Source of the DNA: Candidatus Omnitrophota bacterium
GTDB taxonomy: Bacteria; Omnitrophota; Gorgyraeia; Gygaellales; Profunditerraquicolaceae
Direction: 5' to 3'
Assembly (NCBI GenBank): GCA_041651115.1
Contig: JBAZJY010000001.1
Location: 389,165-453,164, forward strand
Length of the DNA: 64,000 bases
The notes beneath the pieces are model-generated. The model ran no database searches, was not told the origin of the DNA, and saw nothing but the letters and a program-made list of their open reading frames with translations. A program made the translations under genes and the position numbers. Positions 1 to 9,856 of the stretch are shown in pieces; the stretch's first letter is position 1, and each line of letters begins with the position of its first letter.

Positions 1-109
1 TATATCAACGGCGTCACCAGGCGTTATCTTGATGGCGTGGAGGCGTCCGGCCCTGAGCGTACGGACCTCTCCGCTTTATCGTTCATTTCTTTGGCAGGAT
101 GGTACTGAA

Positions 110-1174
110 ATGATCAATATTGATTTTTATATGAAGGTTGCCGAATTAAAAAGAGAATTGATGAAAGGCCGCGCCCTGGACAAAAAATATGTAGTTGATA
201 AATTCGAGCAATTCCGCAGCAAGGATCCGGTAATCTACAATATCGAAACAACTAATGTCTGTAATATGCGCTGCGTAATGTGCGCGCGCACCACCAAAAT
301 GACGCGTCAGATGAATACTCTTGATATGGATATATATAAGCGCGTCGTTGAACAGATAAAGCCGTTCCCGCAAGACCTGTGGGCGAAATGGAAAAAGTTT
401 GTCGTTGACTATTACGGTATCCGGCCTGACGAAATGGGAGAAAACCATTTTTTCCTTTATGTCATTGCCAAGTCGATCGTCATGCATGGCTTTGGAGAAC
501 CGTTGCTTGATCCCAAGATTGCCGAACGGATCAGGTTTTTAAGCGAAAAAAATATTCCTTCGTATTTTAGTTGCAATCCTGCGAACATCCATATTGATAA
601 AGTACTGGAGATCTTCGAAAGCGGTCTGGATTATTTTAAGCTGTCCATTGACAGCGTAGATGACGACCGGCAAAGGAAAGTCCGCGGGGACGCTTCCGGA
701 TTTACCGGGAATTATAAAAAGATTATCCGCTTATTGGATGAGAAAAAAGAGCATGGCTATAAAACTACGGTTGTCCTGACCATGCTTAACTTAAATATCG
801 GCAATGCCGCGGAAGAATTTGAAAAATTAAAAAAGTTATTTGAAGGCCGCCCGGTATACCTGTATTTTAAATGCCCTGACAATCAGTGGTACAGGGGGAC
901 AAAGCAGGCTACCAAGGCAATACACTGGTTGGAATTTTGCCAGGCCCCGTGGTCTACCTTATCGATACAGGCAAACGGCGATATCTCTGCCTGCGGCGCG
1001 GAAGATTATAACGGAGAATTGATCGTTGGTAATGCGCAGCATGAAACATTGGCCGATGCCTGGAATAGCGGAAAATTCCGGAAATTCCGCGAAGATCATT
1101 TTAATGTAAACAAAGAGATAAAATGCGCCGAAGAATGTGATATGAGACTGATCGGCGAACTGGTAAAGAATTAA
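110..1174 (+). CDS. radical SAM / SPASM-domain protein (paralog of 26745..27689)
   Basis: CxxxCxxC motif (NVCNMRCVMC) and a C-terminal Cys-rich SPASM-like region (C..C..C, CAEEC). The ORF-track start at 29 is TTG. The ATG at 110 gives an N-terminal length matching the paralog at 26745. Confidence 0.7.
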   Translation: MINIDFYMKVAELKRELMKGRALDKKYVVDKFEQFRSKDPVIYNIETTNVCNMRCVMCARTTKMTRQMNTLDMDIYKRVVEQIKPFPQDLWAKWKKFVVDYYGIRPDEMGENHFFLYVIAKSIVMHGFGEPLLDPKIAERIRFLSEKNIPSYFSCNPANIHIDKVLEIFESGLDYFKLSIDSVDDDRQRKVRGDASGFTGNYKKIIRLLDEKKEHGYKTTVVLTMLNLNIGNAAEEFEKLKKLFEGRPVYLYFKCPDNQWYRGTKQATKAIHWLEFCQAPWSTLSIQANGDISACGAEDYNGELIVGNAQHETLADAWNSGKFRKFREDHFNVNKEIKCAEECDMRLIGELVKN

Positions 1175-1186
1175 GAGGAATATGTA

Positions 1187-1990
1187 ATGCGGCCATTAAA
1201 CGAATTAAAAAATCTGCGCGGCAGGGTAGCGATCGTCACCGGCGGAACAGGCCATGCCGGCTCCGCGATCGCCGAGGCCCTGGCCGAATCCGGGGCTGCG
1301 GTGGTTATTATCGGAAGGGATAAGCTTAAATGCAGGTATAAGGCTGAAGATATTTCCCGCCGGTTTCATGTTGCGGCTTTGCCGCTGGCCATTGATCTTG
1401 AAGATGAATATAAAATCCGGCAAATCAATAAAAAAGTCCTACGGGAATTTGGCCGCGTTGATATCCTGGTTAACTGCGCTGCTATATTAACGGATAGCAG
1501 GACAAATAAATTATTCGCTCCGTTTGAAGCGCAGGACACTATATCGTGGAGAAAGGCAATAGAAGTAAATTTAACCGCAGCTTTTGTCTTAACGCAAGCC
1601 TGTAGGGAGGTGCTGGAGTTATCCGGTAAAGGATCAGTGATTAACATCAGCTCTATTTACGGGATTTCCGGACCGGATATGCGGCTGTATAAAGGCACGA
1701 AAATGGGGAATTCTGCTGCCTATGCCGCCAGTAAAGGCGGATTGGTTCAATTAACGCGCTGGCTAGCCACAGTCTTGGCTCCCAGAGTGCGCGTGAACGC
1801 AATTTCTTCCGGCGGCATATTCAGGAATCAGGATAAGCGGTTTATTGACCGTTATGTTGCGCGTACTCCTCTTAGGCGGATGGCATCAGAAGAAGACTTG
1901 AAAGGTGCGGCAATATACCTGGCAAGCGATCTTTCGGCGTATGTTACCGGCCATAATCTTATCGTAGATGGCGGTTGGACAGTATGGTAA
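1187..1990 (+). CDS. SDR family NAD(P)-dependent oxidoreductase
   Basis: TGGTGHAGSAIA Rossmann motif and the YAASK (YxxxK) catalytic motif, with SD-like gagga upstream. The C-terminal 40 aa are about 85% identical to the SDR at 9853. Confidence 0.8.
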   Translation: MRPLNELKNLRGRVAIVTGGTGHAGSAIAEALAESGAAVVIIGRDKLKCRYKAEDISRRFHVAALPLAIDLEDEYKIRQINKKVLREFGRVDILVNCAAILTDSRTNKLFAPFEAQDTISWRKAIEVNLTAAFVLTQACREVLELSGKGSVINISSIYGISGPDMRLYKGTKMGNSAAYAASKGGLVQLTRWLATVLAPRVRVNAISSGGIFRNQDKRFIDRYVARTPLRRMASEEDLKGAAIYLASDLSAYVTGHNLIVDGGWTVW

Positions 1991-3288
1991 ATAAAAGAAG
2001 GCTCTTGATTACTTTTGACCTGCGCAGGTTCGATGAAATTTTTCGGCCGCTGGTCCTGCAGCTTGCTCCTGAATTTAGGGTCAGTGTTTTGGCAATTGAC
2101 TGTTTTGCCCCTCCGGGAACAGATCGTACTCTTGCCCAGTGGCAGAAAGAAGGCTTGATAGAAAAATATACGGCTGTTCCTAATATTAGCTTTTATAACA
2201 GCTGCGCCCTAAAGATGCACCTGGCTATGCGGCGCATTGTCAGGCAGTTTAAGCCGCTCAATTTCGATCTTTGGGTAACTGTGGGTGAAACGGAAATAGT
2301 GGAAAGGTACATATCGGATTGTATTCTTCCGGACCGCTGCGTCAAGATCGTACTTTGGCCGTGTCTGACCAGGCTGTTGGAGAATAAAGAATTGGTGGAA
2401 AAAATGCTTTTTTCCTCCAATAGCATTAAACGCCGTAACGGTATGCCAGAAGGGTTGTTCAATAAGATACGGCAATCAGGAACCCCGGCAGAGCTCTTGC
2501 GCAAAATAACGGGTTTGTTGAAGCGCAAGTACATGTCGCTATTGAAAAAAATAAGCTTTTATTTTGACCGCTTTCTTGTCCCTTGGGTAATGGTCGGTAA
2601 AACTTTCGGATTTGGGCCGCATGACCGGCTTACCCAGCTTGGCTCCGGGCGCTCGGAGGTGATTATTTTTTGCGATGAAGTTGAGGCTGCGGCGCACAAG
2701 TTGCTTTTTAAGGCCCCGGATGTATATGCCGCTTATCATCCGACATACGGCAATTGCCGTTGTCAGGGCGATAAAAAGCATGCGAATACACTCCTGGTGC
2801 CGTTAAGTGTTTTTGTTGATTATAAGCGCATATCCGAAGAATACCTGTCTTTATTTCTGCGAGACCTGAAAACCGTGCTTTTAAATACAGGCACGGCCGC
2901 GGTGCATCTGCGCAGGCATCCGGATGACCGCGGTGCGTGGGTATATCAATTACGCGATTACCTTCTGCTTAATTCTGTCAATACGGAGATTGTGCCCTGC
3001 GACAAGCCGATCAGGGACGTTATGTGCGATTATAGGGGCATGGCTGGTTTTGCTTCCAATGCGTTGCGGGATGGCCGCGCAAGTTGCGATTATGCCTATA
3101 TCATCGGTTTTACCGCTGTTTCAAAGGGCCGCTATGCTGATCCGAAGTTTGTTTTCGGTAATTCGGAAGGCATAGGCTGGATAGAGGAAGACGGCTCGTA
3201 TAACCGTGAAATTTTCACAAAATACCGGCATGCGTTCCCGGAACGCAAAAAACCGATAGAGATTATATTAAGCAGGGCGAATAGTTGA
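1984..3288 (+). CDS. hypothetical protein, putative HP-motif GT-B transferase (TagF/CMP-sugar transferase-like)
   Basis: The ORF-track start at 1975 is TTG. The ATG at 1984 overlaps the upstream stop (tATGgTAA). The C-terminal half has RRHPDD followed by DVMCDYRGM, which resembles the HP and TDYSS motifs of TagF-type GT-B enzymes. This is a weak, motif-level call only. Confidence 0.3.
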   Translation: MVNKRRLLITFDLRRFDEIFRPLVLQLAPEFRVSVLAIDCFAPPGTDRTLAQWQKEGLIEKYTAVPNISFYNSCALKMHLAMRRIVRQFKPLNFDLWVTVGETEIVERYISDCILPDRCVKIVLWPCLTRLLENKELVEKMLFSSNSIKRRNGMPEGLFNKIRQSGTPAELLRKITGLLKRKYMSLLKKISFYFDRFLVPWVMVGKTFGFGPHDRLTQLGSGRSEVIIFCDEVEAAAHKLLFKAPDVYAAYHPTYGNCRCQGDKKHANTLLVPLSVFVDYKRISEEYLSLFLRDLKTVLLNTGTAAVHLRRHPDDRGAWVYQLRDYLLLNSVNTEIVPCDKPIRDVMCDYRGMAGFASNALRDGRASCDYAYIIGFTAVSKGRYADPKFVFGNSEGIGWIEEDGSYNREIFTKYRHAFPERKKPIEIILSRANS

Positions 3289-3292
3289 AAAT

Positions 3293-5128
3293 ATGCGCTT
3301 AAACAAAAAAATAAAATATTTCAAGTTTTTGCTGTCTCATTGGGGCCTGATACTGGGAATCCTGTTTTTAGGCATCCTGGTATCATTGATGGAAGGCCTG
3401 GGTATCGGGCTGCTGCTGCCTGTAATGGAAGGAGTTAAGGGGCTGGGTGATTTTCATGCACCGGTATTCTTTAATGCGCTAATCGGAATGTTTGCGAACC
3501 TATCGCTTGTGGTAAAAATCCAAATTGTTGCGCTATTGCTATTAGCTGTTACCGCGGCAAGGGAGACTTCGCTCTTTTTGAAGAATATTTACGTTGCGCG
3601 GCTGCAGGCAGTTATCAGCAGGCATTTTCAAATGGAATGCCTAAAGCAATTGCTCCGCTTGGATATGGGCTATATCAACAGTAGAAAAGCGGGAGACCTG
3701 CATGCAATAGTCTACTTTCATGCCTGGAATGTCAGTATGTCCATGGCCAGGGTCGGCGCGATCATCCACTTACCGTTTACGATCATTGTGCTGTTGATCG
3801 TGCTCTTTTCGCTTTCCTGGAAGATCGCCGGAGTCTCTGTTTTTCTTGCGGTCTTATTAGCGCTGGCCATACGGGTAATCCTAAAGAAGGCCGATAATGC
3901 CAGCAGGCGGTTAGGGGAAGCGATCAATGTAAGAAGCAGCGCGCTACTGGAGATTATTACCGGGATTAAGGTCATACATCTATTTAAGCGCGAAAATAGT
4001 TTTATCGATAAATTCAGCCGCGTAGTCGATGATTACAACGAAGTTACTTTTAACATTGCAAAAGTGACCGGTATGGTCAGTCCGTTCACGCAATTCCTGG
4101 GTGTCGGCATACTGGTGTTGATTATGGTCACGGCATTGTATTTGTTTCCTCAGGAAGGAAGCATACAGGTGCTTTTGATATTTATCATCACTTTTACCCG
4201 CTTGATAAATCCGGTCGTGGGGATAAATCAAGATAGAGTAAAATTTGCCGGAGACCTTCCGTATTACCGGGAAATATTCCGTTTCCTGGAAGAAAAGAAG
4301 CATATCTCAAGCGGTAAGGCCGTATTTACCGGGTTGAAGAATTCTATTGAAATGAAGGCGGTAGATTTTACCTATAGTTCCCGTCCGGACCGGATCCTCA
4401 ATGAAGTTTCGTTTGTAGTCAAGCGCGGTAGCAAGGTAGGCTTGGTCGGGCCATCCGGTGCAGGCAAATCCACGATTGCCGAGTTACTGCTCAGGTTCTA
4501 TGACCCGCAAAACGGCCTGATCATGGTTGACGGAGTAGATTTACGCGATTTAGACATAACCTCATGGCGCAAGCATATCGGCGTAGTTTCTCAGGACGTA
4601 TATCTTTTTAACGATACGGTGCGGTCCAATATCGCTTTTGCCAATCCTGAGGCAGGCGAGGAAGAAATCAGGGATGCGGCGATAAAAGCCCATGCCCACG
4701 CTTTTATCGCAGCCCTGCCAAGAGGTTATGATACGATTGTCGGTGACAGGGGCGTCCTTCTTTCCGGCGGCCAGAAACAACGTATTGCGATTGCGCGGGC
4801 GATCCTGGGCAATCCGGAAATCCTCGTGTTTGACGAAGCAACTTCCGCACTTGATACTGAATCGGAAAAAATTGTCCAGAAAGCGCTTAACGAGGTGAGC
4901 TGCGGCCGGACTGTCATCAGTATTGCCCACCGCATATCCACGATCTCTGACTCCGATAAGATTATTGTTATGGATGCCGGATACATCGCGGAAGAGGGAA
5001 CTCATCAGCAGCTTATTGGCCGCGGCGGATTATACAGCAAGCTTGTAAAGATGCAGGAATTAGAAGGCGAAGTGCAGGAGCAGGAAGCCGAACTAAAGGT
5101 CAGGGAAGGAATCAGGGAAATCCTATGA
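3293..5128 (+). CDS. ABC transporter, fused permease/ATPase (MsbA/PglK-type exporter)
   Basis: The N-terminal half has six predicted TM helices. Walker A is GPSGAGKST, the ABC signature is LSGGQKQR, and Walker B is ILVFDEATSALD. Confidence 0.85.
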   Translation: MRLNKKIKYFKFLLSHWGLILGILFLGILVSLMEGLGIGLLLPVMEGVKGLGDFHAPVFFNALIGMFANLSLVVKIQIVALLLLAVTAARETSLFLKNIYVARLQAVISRHFQMECLKQLLRLDMGYINSRKAGDLHAIVYFHAWNVSMSMARVGAIIHLPFTIIVLLIVLFSLSWKIAGVSVFLAVLLALAIRVILKKADNASRRLGEAINVRSSALLEIITGIKVIHLFKRENSFIDKFSRVVDDYNEVTFNIAKVTGMVSPFTQFLGVGILVLIMVTALYLFPQEGSIQVLLIFIITFTRLINPVVGINQDRVKFAGDLPYYREIFRFLEEKKHISSGKAVFTGLKNSIEMKAVDFTYSSRPDRILNEVSFVVKRGSKVGLVGPSGAGKSTIAELLLRFYDPQNGLIMVDGVDLRDLDITSWRKHIGVVSQDVYLFNDTVRSNIAFANPEAGEEEIRDAAIKAHAHAFIAALPRGYDTIVGDRGVLLSGGQKQRIAIARAILGNPEILVFDEATSALDTESEKIVQKALNEVSCGRTVISIAHRISTISDSDKIIVMDAGYIAEEGTHQQLIGRGGLYSKLVKMQELEGEVQEQEAELKVREGIREIL

Positions 5129-6186
5129 TCACTTTAATCGTACCGACGCTAAACCGCCCGGATTTTATCGCCAGAATACTTGATTATTACGAGAAAGTCG
5201 GCTATCGGCACAGTATCTTTATCGGCGATTCAAGCAGCGGGATCCATCTTGAGCGCAATAAAGATACCGTAGCTAAATCAAAAAATAAGGTCAAGGTCAC
5301 TTACCGGGAATATCCCAATACAAATCCTACGGCGTGTTTTAAAAGCCTGCTGGAATCGGTAGTCACGCCATACGCTGCCTTTTTGCCAGATGACGATTTT
5401 TTTATTCCTAACGGCCTGGAGAAATGCATTGAGTTTCTTGAGCATAATCCGGAATATGCCGGGGCGCACGGTATCGGGATCATATTGAACCTGGAATCGC
5501 CCGGCCCCTACGGCAAAGTGAAAAATGCCAGCGGATACCAACAAGCGGTTAGCCGGGAAAAAACAGCAGCCGAAAGGGTCCTGGCTTACTCCGGGAACCC
5601 CACCCTGCCGCTATTCTCCATTTATCGTACAGCGGTCTGGAAAAGGGCGTTCTGTAACGTTACTGCTTTGGCTGACCCGGCATTTACCGAGTTGCTTCCT
5701 AGTTACCTTGCAATCATTTCCGGAAAAATAGCCAGGTTAGATTGCCTCTATTCCGTAAGGCAATGCCATGACCGGCGCTATCTATTGCGCGATGTATACG
5801 ATTGGATTACGGGCCAGGAATGGTTTCCTTCTTACCAGGTTTTTTATCGCTGCGTGATAGAAGCGCTTATGGAAACAGACGGCATTAAAATAGAAGAGGC
5901 CCAAAAAATAGCCAAGCAGGCATTTTGGTCGTATTTAAGCAAAATCATCCCTTATAAATTTCATCATCAGTATATTGAAGACAAGAAGATAGGCCGCAAG
6001 ATCAAGGCTCTGGTGCAGGGTATTCCCGGAGGCCATAGTTGCTTATCGGTATTTAGAAAAATTAGGCCGGCTGCCGGCGGCAACCTTAGCCTTCCGGCGC
6101 TATTAAAAAAGTCATCGCCGCATCACCGTGATTTTATGCCGATTTATGACCTGATCACTGATCATGCCGGCAAAAACGCTGTTTAA
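5125..6186 (+). CDS. glycosyltransferase family 2-like protein
   Basis: The N-terminus LIVPTLNRPDFI is typical of GT2, a DDD motif follows, and the start overlaps the upstream stop as ATGA. Confidence 0.55.
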   Translation: MITLIVPTLNRPDFIARILDYYEKVGYRHSIFIGDSSSGIHLERNKDTVAKSKNKVKVTYREYPNTNPTACFKSLLESVVTPYAAFLPDDDFFIPNGLEKCIEFLEHNPEYAGAHGIGIILNLESPGPYGKVKNASGYQQAVSREKTAAERVLAYSGNPTLPLFSIYRTAVWKRAFCNVTALADPAFTELLPSYLAIISGKIARLDCLYSVRQCHDRRYLLRDVYDWITGQEWFPSYQVFYRCVIEALMETDGIKIEEAQKIAKQAFWSYLSKIIPYKFHHQYIEDKKIGRKIKALVQGIPGGHSCLSVFRKIRPAAGGNLSLPALLKKSSPHHRDFMPIYDLITDHAGKNAV

Positions 6187-6189
6187 AGT

Positions 6190-7185
6190 ATGGGAAAAAA
6201 TCTATTTTTAGTCGGATGCGGGCAATTGGGCAGCAGGCATTTGCAGGCAATTGCCACGCTACAGGGCGTTTCAGAAATAACCGTTATTGACCCGCGGCCC
6301 GCTGCTTTAGAGTTGGGCAGGCAGCGCCTGGGTGAAATTCCGGATATAAATAAAAGCATCAATTTCCGTTGGCTTACGGAAATGGAAAACAAGCCGGCTG
6401 AGGCAGACTTTTGTATCATTGCCACTCAAGCCAAGGGCCGTTCCCAGCTGGTCAGGGATATTCACAATAAACTGGGCTGCCGCAGGTTTTTGATAGAAAA
6501 AATCGTCACGCAGTCGGTTGCCGAATACGAAGGGCTGTTGGAATTTTGCCACAAACGCAGCCTCTCGGTATGGGTAAACTGCAAAACCCGTACATATCTG
6601 TTGCACCGTTATATTAAATCCCGTATGCCGGAAGCAGAGAGCCTGGTCTTTTCTGCTTCCGGAGGCAACTACGGCCTGGGCAATAACGGCGTGCATGCTG
6701 CGGATTTGTTTGTCTTTTACAGCGGCGCCGGGCATATAGAAAGCCGCGGTTCAAGGATTGACCAGATGCTGCATCCTTCAAAACGCGGTAATGATATCTT
6801 TGATTTAAGCGGGACGTTGCACGGCATCTCGGAAAATAACAGCGAATTCATCCTGAATTTCGCGCCATTTAACCAGAGCCCGGATACCATTACCATTTTG
6901 AGTAAAAATTGCCGGTTCCTGGTTGATCATTTTCAAAAGACGGCGCTGGAAAGCTATGCGGAAAACAACTGGCAATGGCAAAAGATCAATGATGCACATG
7001 TTATGGAGGATTGGGCAGTCAGCCATATGACAAAGGCCTTTGCCGGGGATATTATCAGCAGCGGCAATTGCCTGCTTCCTACGCTAAAGGACTGTTTTCC
7101 GGCACACCGGTTCATTCTTAATGAGCTGTTGCCGCATTTTAACCGTTTATTAGGCGTAAATAATGACTATTGTCCGGTTACTTAA
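6190..7185 (+). CDS. putative NAD(P)-binding oxidoreductase (divergent Gfo/Idh/MocA-like)
   Basis: N-terminal Rossmann motif VGCGQLGSRH and an IEKI motif that resembles the EKP motif of the family. It is the first of three tandem genes of this type. Confidence 0.4.
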   Translation: MGKNLFLVGCGQLGSRHLQAIATLQGVSEITVIDPRPAALELGRQRLGEIPDINKSINFRWLTEMENKPAEADFCIIATQAKGRSQLVRDIHNKLGCRRFLIEKIVTQSVAEYEGLLEFCHKRSLSVWVNCKTRTYLLHRYIKSRMPEAESLVFSASGGNYGLGNNGVHAADLFVFYSGAGHIESRGSRIDQMLHPSKRGNDIFDLSGTLHGISENNSEFILNFAPFNQSPDTITILSKNCRFLVDHFQKTALESYAENNWQWQKINDAHVMEDWAVSHMTKAFAGDIISSGNCLLPTLKDCFPAHRFILNELLPHFNRLLGVNNDYCPVT

Positions 7186-7197
7186 CAAAAGTAAGAT

Positions 7198-8151
7198 ATG
7201 GATAAAATAAAGGTAGGCTTGATCGGCGCCGGTAGTATTGCCAGGAAACACCTGGAGGTGATCCGGGATCTTGATTGTGTCGAGGCGGTCGGGATAACTT
7301 CCCGTACGATGGCAAAGGCAGAGCAGCTGGCAAACGATTTCGGGATCAGGTGTTGCGTTGATAGCGCGGACCGGCTTATCCATCAGGCCAAGCCGGATGC
7401 GCTGCTGGTTTTAGTCTCAGAGGACCAGACGTTTGCCGTAACCGCATCTTTGATTCCTTACGGATTGCCGCTGTTTATAGAGAAACCTGCGGGGTTAACT
7501 CCGCAGGAGAACCGTAGATTAGCAAGCTTGGCAAAAAAACGCTCTCTTAAGACCATGGTCGGTTTTAACCGGCGGTATTATTCCATATTCCGCAAAGGAA
7601 TGGAGATTATCCGCAAACATGGTCCGTTATTAGGGGTGGATATTGAAGGTCATGAGCGTATCTGGCGCATCCATGAAAGCACGAAGTTCTCCAAAGAAGT
7701 AATCGCGCATTGGATTTTTGCCAGCAGCACGCATACGATAGACCTCTTGAGATTTTTTGGGGGAGAGCCGAAAAAAATAAGCGCGATAGCGCATAGCTAC
7801 AAAGAACCCGGCGGTGATCAGCTTGCCGCGTTGCTGGAATTCGCTTCCGGTGCCATCGGACAATACCGCGCGTACTGGTATTCCCCGGGAGGATGGAAAG
7901 TGGTGTTGTATGGCGACGGCGCAACCGTAGAATTCAAGCCGCTGGAAAACGGGCAATGGACCGATAAAAACTTTAATACCCATGAGATCAAGCCGGATGA
8001 TATAGACCTTAAGTATAAACCGGGGTTTTTCAGGCAGATGGAGGCGTTTGCCAGGCTGGTGATGAACGGTAACCGCGATTGGCCGTTATTGGATCTCGCC
8101 GGTGCCTGTGAAACAATGCGCTTGGCAGAACGGATAAAGGGGAAACAATGA
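7198..8151 (+). CDS. Gfo/Idh/MocA family oxidoreductase
   Basis: The family N-terminal motif VGLIGAGSIARKH and the FIEKP motif are both present. Length is about 317 aa. Confidence 0.8.
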   Translation: MDKIKVGLIGAGSIARKHLEVIRDLDCVEAVGITSRTMAKAEQLANDFGIRCCVDSADRLIHQAKPDALLVLVSEDQTFAVTASLIPYGLPLFIEKPAGLTPQENRRLASLAKKRSLKTMVGFNRRYYSIFRKGMEIIRKHGPLLGVDIEGHERIWRIHESTKFSKEVIAHWIFASSTHTIDLLRFFGGEPKKISAIAHSYKEPGGDQLAALLEFASGAIGQYRAYWYSPGGWKVVLYGDGATVEFKPLENGQWTDKNFNTHEIKPDDIDLKYKPGFFRQMEAFARLVMNGNRDWPLLDLAGACETMRLAERIKGKQ

Positions 8152-9146
8152 AGGCATTGGTCGTCGGATTAGGCAGTATTGGGGAAAGGCATATCAGGAA
8201 TCTAAAACTGATAAGCCCAGGCATACGGATCGCTGTCTTACGGCAACATGCAAAAACAGCATGTGCCGGGCAGTTGCAGCCGTTGATCAACCGTGTTTTT
8301 TCAAAAACCAACGACGCGGCTGCCTGGAACCCGGATATTACCTTGATAACCAATCCGGCTTCTTTGCACGTCAGGACCGCTTTGATTTTTGCAAAAGCCG
8401 GCAGCCATATTCTTATCGAAAAACCTTTTGCTTCTTCCTTAAGGGGAATACCGGAATTGATGTGCGAATGCCGCAAAAAGAACCTTGTCTTGATGATCGG
8501 TTATTGCCTGAGGTTTTTTCGGCCGATACAAATTCTAAAACAGGCCGTGGACAACGGATGTATCGGGCGCCTGATATCCATACATGCCAGGGTCGGACAA
8601 TACCTTCCGGATTGGCGGCCGCAAAAAGATTTTCGCAGCGGCGTAAGCGCTCAAAGCGGGCTTGGCGGCGGAGCAGTATTGGAATTAAGCCATGAGCTGG
8701 ATTATCTTAACTGGATTGCCGGGGAAGCTAAAGAAGTGACGGCAAAAATCGGCAGGCTTGGGGATTGGGATATTGACGTAGAGGATATTGCCGAGGCCGT
8801 GATCATTTTTAAAAACCGGGCAATCGGCAGCGTGCACATGGATATGCTGGACCGGGCGGCCAATCGTTCCTGCCGCATAATTGGCACTAAAGGCACGCTT
8901 GTATGGGATATGGAACAGGGAAACTGCGTTCGCCTTTATTCGTCGAGGACAGGTGCGTGGAGAGAACTGTTTTCCGGCCGGCAACTAGAGCGTAATGATG
9001 TGTTTATAAAAGAATTGAAGCATTTTATAAGGTGCGCCAGGTACGGCAAAAAACCGTTAGTAGATCCTACGGCAGGTTTACGCGCGCTAAAATTAGCCCT
9101 TGCCGTAAAACGTTCTGCAAAAGAAGGAAGAAGCGTGAGGCTATGA
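8148..9146 (+). CDS. Gfo/Idh/MocA family oxidoreductase
   Basis: The motifs VVGLGSIGERH and LIEKPFA are present. The start overlaps the upstream gene as ATGA. Confidence 0.8.
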   Translation: MKALVVGLGSIGERHIRNLKLISPGIRIAVLRQHAKTACAGQLQPLINRVFSKTNDAAAWNPDITLITNPASLHVRTALIFAKAGSHILIEKPFASSLRGIPELMCECRKKNLVLMIGYCLRFFRPIQILKQAVDNGCIGRLISIHARVGQYLPDWRPQKDFRSGVSAQSGLGGGAVLELSHELDYLNWIAGEAKEVTAKIGRLGDWDIDVEDIAEAVIIFKNRAIGSVHMDMLDRAANRSCRIIGTKGTLVWDMEQGNCVRLYSSRTGAWRELFSGRQLERNDVFIKELKHFIRCARYGKKPLVDPTAGLRALKLALAVKRSAKEGRSVRL

Positions 9147-9856
9147 AAAAACCGTTTATACTCGGCACAATTTTTGCGCGTGGCGGCTCCAAGGGCATAC
9201 CCGGGAAAAACTTAAAGCCGTTAGCCGGAAAGCCGCTTATTGCTTATGCAATAGAAGCCGGCCTTGGCATACCCTTGATTGACCGGCTGATTGTTTCCAC
9301 CGATGATGACAAGATAGCCGAGGTTAGCCGCCAATATGGGGCAGAAGTGCCGTTTATGCGGCCTGCTGAGCTGGCAGCAGATAATTCCCCGGAATTACTT
9401 TCCTGGAAGCACGCGCTTACCACTATGAAAAAAGATTTTGCATGCCGGGCGGATATCTTAGTCTCTCTTCCTGCCACGTCACCTTTGCGTTCCCGGGAGG
9501 ATATTATGCGTTGTATCAAGCTATTACTTGACAGCAAAGCGGATATCGTGGTTACCGTAAAGGAAGCCGAACGCAATCCATATTTTAATATGCTCACCAT
9601 GGATAAAGACAGCAATGCCCGGGTAGTTATTGCCGGAAAAAAGAAGATCGCTTGTCGCCAGGAGGCGCCGGTTGTGTATGATATGACCACGGTTGCCTAC
9701 GCAGCCCGCGTTCCCTATATACTTTCTGCTGCTTCAATAATGGAGGGCAGGGTAAAAGCGGTGGTAGTGCCCCGCGAAAGGGCGCTGGATATCGATACTT
9801 TGTTTGACTTTGAGCTTGCCGAATTCCTGGCAAGTAGAAAAAAGGAGAGGTCTTGA
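9143..9856 (+). CDS. neuA: acylneuraminate (nonulosonic acid) cytidylyltransferase, NeuA/LegF-like
   Basis: The GTIFARGGSKGIPGKN motif is diagnostic of the CMP-NeuAc synthetase family. The ORF-track start at 9032 is an upstream extension. The ATG at 9143 overlaps the upstream stop as ATGA. Confidence 0.8.
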   Translation: MKKPFILGTIFARGGSKGIPGKNLKPLAGKPLIAYAIEAGLGIPLIDRLIVSTDDDKIAEVSRQYGAEVPFMRPAELAADNSPELLSWKHALTTMKKDFACRADILVSLPATSPLRSREDIMRCIKLLLDSKADIVVTVKEAERNPYFNMLTMDKDSNARVVIAGKKKIACRQEAPVVYDMTTVAYAARVPYILSAASIMEGRVKAVVVPRERALDIDTLFDFELAEFLASRKKERS

